This document shows, piece by piece, positions 12,301-23,808 of a stretch of 64,000 bases of DNA. This stretch comes from Podarcis vaucheri (lineage: Eukaryota): the NCBI GenBank assembly GCA_965113315.1, contig OZ220366.1; one strand, written 5' to 3'. The number at the start of each line of letters is the position of its first letter. Position 1 is the stretch's first letter. The notes under the pieces are model-generated. The model was given only the letters and a program-made list of their open reading frames with translations. It was not told the DNA's origin and ran no database searches. The position numbers were made by a program, and so were the translations under genes.

Positions 12301-15300
12301 GGCCCCTGGGCCTGAGGTTCTCCATTCCTGGCCTACTGCAGGCTGTACTCCCTACCCCAAATGGAAGAGAGAAGATGCACTGGCTGGTGCTGAAAAGCAA
12401 GGCATGTGAATTTCATGTCCTCAGCATCAGCTGATGCTAGGAACAAGACAAGCAGTTCCAATTTTAGGCATTCCTAGTATATTTAAGATAATGTTTTTTC
12501 TTTGAATGATGCATGGGTAAATGTAATCTAACATAAACCAATGAAACCCATACAATTTATTGGCTAAGATTTCCTTGAATGACAGCCCTAGTCCTAACAA
12601 TTTCCATTTTCAGCTTCCAGATAGGCTTTCTTTACAGGTATTAAACATTACTTTCTAATGCACCATTGGCCACATCATTGTTTCGAGGAATATAGGCTGA
12701 AAGCGAAGGAAAAGGAAACAAACCGAAGCAGCCTGGATATATAGATAGGACAGTCATATAGTGCATGGGTTGGATAGTTATGCATTATTTATTTAATTTA
12801 ATAATTTATAAATCAGTTCCACTGGGGCATCCCAAAGTGATTTAAAATATAACAAAAATATAAAACAGGCTTATATAAAAGAGTTGCATATGTAAAAACA
12901 ATTACAACTTATATGTAACAGTTTCAGACAAGAGACATAAAATCAGTTTAAACCCAGCACAGATATCATCTGGGATAAAGATCTCCTTTCAGAAGGCTAT
13001 ATATACCATACCAACACAGTACCTGAACCAGAATTTATACAGTTGCCACCAAGGCGTGTCTTCTGGAGTGTATGTGTTGTTTATGCTTTGTGAGACAGTG
13101 CAAGAAAATAGAACTAACAATTAGAAATAAGAGATTAAATTCTTAAGTCACAAAAGATATATCATCCTTTAAAAAAAATAATCAAAATATCTTCCAAACT
13201 ATCAAGAACATGCCCTTACCTCTTTTTTGTCTCCTGTTTGCTCTGCAATGAGCTGGTCAAACACAGCACCATATTCCTCATGGATTTTCTGCATTTCATT
13301 AATATGGCTGGCAACTTTGTTCATTGTTTTTATGGCCACTAGAAGAAGAAAGGCAAAGAAACAGAAAGCAATGAGAGCAGAGATATCAGACTGCATTACT
13401 ATCCTTTGGGAGATTTTGTCTGCATTACATTTCTACTGCATTTTTAGAATATATAGACAATTGTCCTTGTGCTCTTGGTTTGCAACACAACACCTTCCAT
13501 CACAATGTATTTGACCTGCTGGCCGGGAATAGGTTATTCTTTTTCCTGCGTTATCTTTTCATTATGTCCCTCAGTCTGCAGCAATGCTGTGATTTATCAG
13601 CCAAACAGGAGAGTTAGTGCAGGCTGGGCAGAGTGTGTGAAGAAGCAGTGATTAAATTTGGACTCACTGAACTACAGTCTTGATAGTACTGAGGGACAGT
13701 AGCTGTGCAATTTTATTTTTAATGAATCACAACCAGTTAGGCAGCCATGCAATGCATACTACAGTATTGCACATACACCGTTTTTAACTACTCAGCAACA
13801 CATGCAAAACTGAATGCTCTGCATGTGTTAATGCAACAGCATGACCACCCACTGGTGTGATCAATTACAGAACAGAATGTGCAGGTGTTGCCCTGTGTAT
13901 GCACTCCTAGAGACTATCTTCAAGCACATAGCTTCTCAGTTAAGATCCCTAAAGTTTCCAGGGTGGGTTGACCTTATCTTTTCTGTACTGCTTGAAGGGC
14001 TTTGGCACATCTGAGAACATGCAACAAAACATCCCTTTATCCCTACCCCACATCTTCATAAGCAAGGACCAATTAAACCTCTAGGTGCAGGTTCCCCACA
14101 TACCTTTAGCTACATGAACTCCTTTCAAGAGTTACAAATGTGGGTCACCTTGTAACATGTTAAGTGGCTTTACAGAACACAAGAAGGGCCCTCCTGGATT
14201 AGACCAAAGGCTTACCTGGTCCAGCATTCTGGTCTCCTGCAGCTGTCTGTGGGACACTTGCAAGTAGGATGCAGGAACATTTGACAAAAACAAATGCGTA
14301 ATAAAACTTGGCACACGTTAAGCTTTAAAATCGCACTCAATATCAGCTTACCATCCAGGTGATAATGCTCTTCACTGTCTGCATCAGTGAGGGCAAAGAG
14401 TTCTTTCAGCAAAAGAGGGTACTTCAATATCCTCTGGATGGGTTTGATGAGGTACGACTCTAGCGTGGACGAGTGTTGTCGTCTGGGATTCTGAGCATCC
14501 AAAAAAGCCTTAAACGCAGTGTCTGTCTTAGCTAAAGGATTGGAAATAAAAAGCAACTCTCAGGACATGACAAAAATGTTTCGCTTCATTTTTTAAAAAT
14601 ATATATTATTACATATTATTTATCTACCACTCTCTCTGCCTGAAGGTACTCAAGGTGGCAAACAAAATACAGATTTACAATAAGATGAATATTATTAAAT
14701 TTTAAGGTGTAGCCACCACCCATATGGTTTGTGGGGTGACAGATTTCTCAAGCACCATTCCAACAAGAAAACAGGAAGGCAGGTGATGAGGGTGGTGGGG
14801 AAAGCGGTGAGAAAAATACCCAAAACTCAAGCATGGAAATGTGACTTCATGAAAATGGATACGGAAACAGTCAGTTGAATGAGGTGCCTATAATGGAATC
14901 AGCTGACATGCACAGGGTTTGTACAGGGAGGTAAGGGAGTGTAAGTTTGCACATGGACTGCATTTTTTTTTAATCCACTTGGAAGGCACAAGAGAAAAGT
15001 ATTGTTGGCTGGCAGTATTTGAAGATTGTGGTATGCAGCTTCATGGGCAGGTCATTAACAGAAGGCCTCTTCCCCTCCTAGGGCTTGCTCCCTGGAGGAG
15101 AGGGGGACTGTGGCACAGTGCTAAAGCAAACGCTTTACCTGCAGAGAGGTCTTAGGTTCAATCTCAGGCGTTTCAAGACACAACTAGGAAAGACTCCTGC
15201 CTGAAATCCTGGACAGCCCCTGCTAGATGGATCAATATTGATCTAGATGGACCAGTGGCCCAGCTTCCTCCCTGTGGTTTCCCATCAGATATTAAATACT

Positions 15301-18300
15301 GTATGGTGATTACATCCTCCCAACGCCATTTGAACTTCCTTGGTTGCCAGAAAGCTGATTAACGTTATATGACAATACAAGAAGCAACTCTCCATCTCCT
15401 CTCCTACCTAGAGCTACCTGCCTCATCCCACCCATAGCACCAGCCAACACATCCTCTATGTACACCATCCATGATAAATATTTGTATGGACTAGCAGAAA
15501 GGAGGCTTCATGAAATGGCTCCCTCTTTGGCCTCCCCCACTTGATATGTGCACAGACCTGAATGCAGTCCAGGGATCAATGGATCCCTGTGCAAAAATAA
15601 ATCAACCTTATGTTACACTACAGAACTTGCAACTTCCTTTTCCACCATCTCGTTTGTTTGGGGAAGAGTTTGCTGATACAAGCACCCCAGTTTCCAGAAG
15701 ATGAATTACTTAAGCAAAGAGAACTCTGAATAGGTTTGTTACCATCCAATATACAAGAGAAAAAAAGAGAGAAAAAGTGACACACATATTGTATCACTCA
15801 TCATCCTGGTATTAAACCTGTATTAACAGTTTTGAAAGACCTCAAAAGATCGCACAGCAAAATAATCCATGTCTGTATTCACAGGGCTACAAGCACATAT
15901 AGCTCTAGTATTGCCGAAACCCTGCACGTAGTGATGCAATGTTACGGCTTGAGAGAGGCTACCACACAATTTGAGAATAAGGGAGGTATGTTGCGTTCAT
16001 ATAGCTCTTACCTTTCACAAGAACTTTTGGAACTTTTGTATGGCTGGCACAAAAGGCACTGTAGAGCTTGAAACGATCAGCATAATAAAGGAATGACCCA
16101 CCCAAGGAAAATAACACTTTCTAGGATCAAGAGAATGGAAAGCAGAGAATTTTAGCTGGTTTGTTTGTTTTTTAATAGTGCATTCAGACTTTCTATAAAG
16201 TATACAATACTTTTTCTCATCCCTCCGCCCATATCATACGACTAGAGCTTTTGAGACCAGAAGGGGAAGGAAGTTGGTAATTCGGAATACAAGGAATGTC
16301 TTAACTATCAACCGATTTCATTGGCAAGCCTCAGTTTCAAGCACAATAAGAATGTAAAAAAAAAAATGCACAAGATTCTACTTAGAACATTTCTATTGAC
16401 AAAAAGCCTTGACGTGGGGGCAGGGGGAAAGGGCTACTGGAGTTTCCCTCTCTTCCTAATAAAATCTTAAAATGTGAATTCACAGGAATTTATTTATTTA
16501 TTTATTTAATTCATAAACTTCCCTTTATCCAAGGATCACAGGGCAGTTTATAGTATTTACCCCCTCCCTACATTTTGCCATCTGGACATTTATGATGGAT
16601 GCTTTTGGGGACCAATAAGAAAACACTGGCCCCTTTGGAGGAAGGTGGACATTTTCATTTCTGAAGGAGGTAGTTCAGAAATCTAGAATTCCCTCCTACC
16701 TTCAGAGGGAATGAGGAAAGTTTCTGGGTAGCATCCATAGCAACAGACCATCAAAAGCTGCTTCATGAAGGGAGAGATCACTACCAAGAGACTGACCTTA
16801 TTATTTATTTAATGCACAGCCCTACAAGAAACCCACACCTAGGGATCATTTACCACACAATCCTGCTCTCTTACTGAGGTCAGATGAAAGTAAAAAACTG
16901 AAACAATCTGCACTTAAATGAAAAAGATTTATAGAACATGCACATATTCCCGTTTAGTAATGTTATAACCTAATAATACAATATTTAAAACAGTTTTCAG
17001 TTCTTCTGATACTGCTTCTTTGCAATTATTTTTTACTTTTTTTCTTTACATTTCTTTTATGTATTATGTAATTCCTGGTAACAGGAAAGAGAAGGGTAAT
17101 AAAGAAGTGGCTTTCTTTTCTGCTTTTTTGTCAAGAGCAAACAGAATGCAGTTTATAGTTCAGATTTCCACAGTTATTTTCTAGAAAATGGCACACTAGC
17201 CTTGCCTGAAATGAGGTCTTAAGACAAGACAATGAAATTTCTGTTGTTTACTCTTCAACAAAAATACAAGTGAGAAACTGGATATGAAAACATCCTTATG
17301 GCATACTATGAATTGAATTGAATTGAATTAAATTAAATTAATGGAGAGTTAGGAGTAATGCTAATGAATAATTAAAATAAATGCTTACTTTAAACTGGTC
17401 AACTTTTTCAAGCTTTTCCAGATCTGGAACCAACCTCACCCCATCTTCAAGCGTTTTCAGGAATTCAACCTGAAATGCCACCATTTCAGTCAAATTTCCA
17501 AAGAGAACGTCAAGCTGGTGAGAAAGAAATAGGGAAACATGGGTTGAAATTTATTCCTCTCACATGAAATATGTAACAACACATTATCTCTACATTTTTA
17601 GACTCCTAAATGCCAGCAATCTGATTTTAGTATAAAAGTCTAATCCTGCTAACCAGCCTTTATTTGAACATGTTTGCCCTTACAAATCCTTGGCAATATC
17701 AGTCATCAGCTTCATTATGCTAAAAAATCCATTTCAGAATTTCACGGTTCGAATCTACACTGCATCTTGTTTAATTTCAGCCAACAAACCTTCCTGAACA
17801 ATATGCTGGGAAAAGCTCCATACCTCTTCTTGAGTGAGGAATGTTTCCTTTTGCAGAGGCATCAGGTATCTCTCCATTAGACAATTTAAATCCTGGAAGT
17901 AAAAGAATATTACTTTAGATGCATTTTCTCCTAATCCTAGAAAGTATAGGTTTAAAGCATCTTCCTAGAGCTAGTTTGCACATAATGTAAACAGAATTTA
18001 GCAAAACGTAAAAGAAGACTCAGCACGTCTGATCTAAGCATTGGGCTCATACTCTCCCCCAACCCTCTCTTCATTCAGTGTGGTAAAGAAGGGTTTCTGC
18101 CTTGTTAACTTTCAGTTGCAAAGAACCCCTACATAGTGAACCATAAATTGTGGTAAAACACAATGATTGGTTAAACAAGCCATCTTAATAAACTATTGGC
18201 TAGGTCACATGACACAGTAAACAAAGCCAAGGCTTACAGGGACCATGCAAACATGTGGGCTCCCAGAGAGAGCCATTTGCAGCCACTTAGCTCCTGCCAG

Positions 18301-21300
18301 AACTTTGACATCAGCGGGGAATAGAAAAATGCCCTGCTCTACCAGGTTTGTGACTAAGAGACAGAAGTTTAAGACTAGGGATTTCACAAACAATCTAATG
18401 GGAGTGCTTGCAAAGGCGAACATGCTTTCTCTGGTGAGCAGGATACAGAGGAGCAGCTACTACTCCCACCTGACTCTAAGTTTCCACCACCACCACCCTT
18501 TCTTGTTCACCTCACTAAGCTTATCCAGGACTGGAGAAGATGGGAGATGGCGGTGGCGATGCTCAGAGCACCCATGCCCTTGTGAGGATTACACATTCCA
18601 GCATCACTTGTGGGAAACTGAGGGTTGTACCAATTTCCCCGCAGGGATGCTAGGGTGCGCAGTCCCAAGTGCTTTTCTGTGTCTGCTTCTTCCCTTTCTC
18701 CTGCATCAGCCAAGGTTTTCAGGCCATGGGGTGGGCAGGTGAAGACAATGGACAGTCCAGTTGCCCATGCGTTTTATGTGCAGGCTTCAGGGGAGCACAC
18801 ACAAAGGATCAAGCCCCTTTCAGGGTGAGCCCATCCCTCCACACTGCCTTTTATACATGACTATTAAGCATTTCCCAAAAGCAGCAGTTCACCTTGACAT
18901 ATGTGCGTTCTGTTTCAAGGAGTTCACAAATAACCTTGCGCAGTTTGTCAGCATCGGTTAGCTGTCTTGTAGTGGCTTGCTGAGGCCCAGTAAATTCCTG
19001 AGGGGTCACACAAGAGTCAGACGAATTCATCTCATGAAGACTGCGACAAAAAGCAGCAACCTGTTCTGTGCTCTTGAAAATTAAAAACACACATATAGCC
19101 GATGTTATTTGCCAGAAACAATGGTGCCATCGTTACCAGTCCCATTGAAATGTCCAGATTAAGCTATCATCATTGTTTCTCCGATTTAAAAAACGTCAAA
19201 TTACCGGGCTCTTCTAAAGCAAAATGTGGCATATTACATCGACACCAGAAGAATGCAAATTACACATGATTACTTTTCTAAAGGAACTATGCGATGCTGT
19301 ACACAAGGTAATTAAAGCATGCTACAAGCCCAGTCCTGAAGCCTGCTGCACTAGGAAATAGCTGCTTAGGACAGGGTTTACCAACTGCTGCATCAGCACA
19401 ACTTCACAAGAGGTTATATCAACAGTGCAGAAATGTTATTCAGATGTCGCAGTAAGAGAGCTGGCTCAAATGTCCAGGTCTGAGATGCCAATTACTGAGA
19501 TATTCACACCCTTAGGAGTTTGCTAGAATTGCTTGACACAAGATTGTTCCCAGGAGGCCAAGCAGAGAAGACACTGAATATGCCTTTTATTTTAAACTGA
19601 CAGGTTTTACTACCACCCGCTTGTTTACCTCATTTGCCATTTTGTTGTTGCTGAGGGAAAGGGGCACGATGGCACTCCACAATACAGAAATTGCCCAGCT
19701 GCGCTACTATCTGGACAGGGATAGCCTAATTTCTGTTCTCTATGCTCTGATAATCTCTAGGTTTGATTACTGCAACATGTTATATGTAGGGCTGCCTCTG
19801 AAGACAGTTCAGAAACTTCCACTGGTGTAGAATTGCCATGTTGCTCACTGGGAGAAGACAATTTCAGCATATTACACCATTTCTGGTCCAGCTGAACTGG
19901 TTGCCAATTAAGTTTCTGGGCCCAATTCAAAGTGCTGGCTTTGACCTATAAAGCCTTAAATGGATTAGGACCTCACTGAGGTGGCTATCCATTTGTGCAA
20001 TGCTCTCCCCAGGAAGGCTCATCTGGCACCATCATTACTTATCTTTACATGCCAGGTGTTTGTTTGATTAACCTTCTATGGCTTTTTAAATGTGTTGGTG
20101 GGAGAAGGGTTACTGATTTATGTTATGAAATGTCCTGTGACCTTCAAATGAAGGGCAGTATACAAATTTAATTAATATGACAACAACAGCAGAAAGGTCC
20201 AGAAGAACTGACAATAATCTAGACTGTTGCTGACCAGAAATGTCAATTAGAGGGTTGGAAGCTTGTAGCCACTATCTGACATCAAGCAAAAGTTTCTACA
20301 AAGCCTATTATTAGTTGATTAGCTCAAGAGCAGGAAAGCACAACACATACAGGACACAGTAGAGCATGAGACTCTTAATCTCAGAGTTGAGGGTTCAAGC
20401 CCCATGTTGGGCAAAAGATTCCTGCATTGCAGGGGGTTGGAGTAGATGACCCTTGGGGTCCCTTCCAACACTCCATTTCTACAATATACCAGGAGAGTAA
20501 ACAGGAGCATTTTTGTTGGGGTCAAGGAATATGGAGATCTGAACTGGAAGGGGTGTTTCTGGTTCCAGTTCTTAGAAGAGGGAAATGTACCCTAATCATC
20601 CACAGATCATGAGGACCAAATGAACCTCTCCAGCTACCATATGCCCCTTGGAGAGCATATCAAAGGTATGTAGGAAACCAGAAAGCAATTGAGTTTCTTT
20701 ATTGGTGTGTGGGATAGGTAAGGTTGAGTAATTGAAACAGAGACTTCAGCACAAGGTTATTTTTAGAGACTCTCTCCTACTGAATCTTTGCAGGATTTAG
20801 CTTGTGCTAACAGAAAGCTAAAAACACACACACAGCACTGACCCAATAAAAGTTATATAGCTTATGAAAATGTTATTTCATATTGCAATATGTGTTTGTA
20901 TGTGAATATCATACAATGTGTATGTAATATACACACATATTCCACCAAGTCTTGCAAGTTTGCATTTGATTGTGAAGTTTATGGTTTGCTGAACCAGAAA
21001 CAGAGCTCTAGTGCCTTATTGAACATTGTGTTTTGTTTTTTTGTGTGATTTCCATGAAGACCAATGAATTTAAATACATGACAAAAGGCATATGAGGCCA
21101 GCAGGTTTATAAGCCAGCAGGGGTTATATGGACATGCCTAACACAATTTTGATTGCTTAGAAAAAGGACCACCATAGTTGTGCAAATTGCAGTGGTCACA
21201 TATAAAGCCAAGCCCCACACAGAGGAACAGTTTGACGCACAAGACATCAAAGCACAAATAAAAGTTTTAAAGAGAACTACAATCATGGACTTATTGACAG

Positions 21301-23765
21301 GACATGTCAATATCCTGACAAATACCGGTTCATAACAATTTTCAGAAGTTTTTACACAAACTTTTCTATCTTTAGACAAATTGCCTGCTATTATATCCAG
21401 AAGGAACAACACGTGATTCTTTAACATGCCAAAGATACAAAATACAGCCGAAAAACTGTACATGGAATTCTTAGCTGCTATAAGCATGAGCTTTCATAGG
21501 CAAGAATCTACTTCATCTGAGACCTGCTTAATCACATATCTTTAAAGTTAACTGATAGTAAAAGCAATAATTATCTCATCCACTAATATGGATCTTTTCT
21601 TGAAAAATATGTGTATTAAAGATCAGCATTTATTACATATTTTAAAGAGAAGTAGTAATTGCTGGAGATCCAAATTGTCATTCACTTCGGTTGGAAATAA
21701 TCTGCATTTTTAGGCTTGCAGAATTAGATGCACCCAAGGACCAATAAAAGCCACATTAAAAATGCTCCCCCCCTTTCCACAATACAATAACATTTTGCTC
21801 CCCAAGATTTCTACCTCATCCAACTATAAAACAGCTGAATCTCAAATTTCACTGCTTATTTAATGTTCTTTCAGCTGGATAACAAATTTCACCCCCATCT
21901 CACCTTGTGTGATATTCTGGTGACCCAGATTATTGCATGTTCAAGGCAAGACTTGGAAAAAACCCCAATTTGCTTTGATAGCATCAGCCAATTATTCCTT
22001 TAAAATGCAGCATAACAACATAACATTCTCTCATTATTTCCGCTATATGGTAGATCTCACCATATGAAGCATATGCCGAAGAGAATCAGAAGCTCTCCCA
22101 GTGCCTTCATTTCTGGGCTTACGTTTAACTCTCCAATAAACTGACATCACCAAAACGATGTTACTCTGACAATACCATTATTCGCCATTTTCAGCAATAA
22201 AAAATGGACGGAGGGTAGACACACCCCACATCGAGATTTCTTGACCTACTTTATGGGTAAAAAAAAAAATACATATGCTCATTCCAGTTCATAGTATTCC
22301 TGACTGCTGGATACCTTCTTGCATGTTAATGAGAATGGGCAGCTACCAGATTCCTCTTGTATTCCTCTTCAGACTTTACACGCTCAATAGAGTCAACTAG
22401 AATGAAATTCTCTGATTTAAGCTGCAGAGTCAGTCCTTAATTCTCCCTTTCAAGGAGCTTTCGAAAAAGTACTCAAGCAAGGACAGCTTAAACTTGAAAG
22501 GAAGAAGCAAAATCCCCGGTGGAAAATAAATGTCTATTGCCTGAGGCTCCGGAGAGCTGATTGGCTACAACCTGTGCTGCACAAGAATATTAACATTTCC
22601 AGAAATAAAGCAGGTTGCCAATTAGAAATCTTTGAAAGCCAATAGCTGGTAAGATATTTTACAAATCATACCAGTAGACGGTGAGAGAACGTAATTAATG
22701 TGCTTTGAATGCAAGAAGCAAAACGACTGTCCTTCATTGCTAAAATTTAAGGGGGAAACATGTTCAAAATACTTTAATAATTTGAACAAAAATCATGACT
22801 CTTTGCTACCATCGCTAGCTAATTAGCTGCAGTGCTAAGATATAGCTGCCTTAATTTAGATGAAAGGCAACAAACAGCCAGCAGTTTTTTCTCCCCAAAA
22901 GGGGATTTGAAATAAAAATATCAAGTCAAAACAGGGCAGAGGGTGCATTTTACACCCACACAACCAAATCAGCACAGCTCATTTCGGGAATGAGTAGTAC
23001 AAAATATATTTGCCCATTCAGAGTGGGTACAATCCACACTCTAATTTAGCTTTGTGATATCATTATGTAGGAAAATTAGACTGAACAGGTTTCATGCAGA
23101 AAACCAGATTTGGCTATATCACGAATGAAGAAAGACAGAAAACCAAATCAGAGTATAGACAATGCTTTTTGCTCTTGCTCTGAATTAGCACCATGGTGTT
23201 GTCACTTAGCCAATCTGATGGGCTGTAATGACAGGTTGTTATCGTGATGGCCATGTGATCCTTGACTGGCTCAGATTCTCTAAAGAAGAAGCCCTTTGAG
23301 CTTTTCGTTTGCTTGCTTTAAATTATACTGAGCCTGCGGATTGGGGAGAGAAGCAGCCCAAAAAAGAGGGGGGGCTATACCAGAAAAGCAAGGGGGGCTA
23401 TATAAAACCTTTCAGCCTGTTGAAATCTCCTTTCCACCCCCCAAAAAACATTTTCATGGGTACCAATTCAACCCATCTGTGTGTACATATATGTACATCG
23501 TGTGTATTACAGGATAATACAATGGCTCTCCTCCCGCAGGGAGCATCTCAGTGACAGCCAGACCACCCCCAGTCAGATGTGAATTGAACAGCACAATGCT
23601 GTTAAAGTGTGATTGGTTTTTTTGGCAGAAAGCAAAGAGATGCAGTTGGAAACATCACTGGGATGAGAGGTCAACCAAATCCTTCCTTCTAGAGGTTTGC
23701 TTTTCCCAGCTTCATCCTATATTGCAGTACATCAATTTTGTCCAAAAGAAATAAATGGATACCAT

Positions 23766-23808
<43 letters not shown>

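Noticed and set aside
18245-18860. 165-aa and neighbouring plus-strand ORFs
   Set aside because: Intronic, no recognisable homology or splice structure; partly repeat-like sequence.
20359-20413. Apparent tRNA-Lys(CTT) gene
   Set aside because: The 5' acceptor stem is missing, there are mismatches, and it continues into a CR1-like tail, so it is a SINE head.
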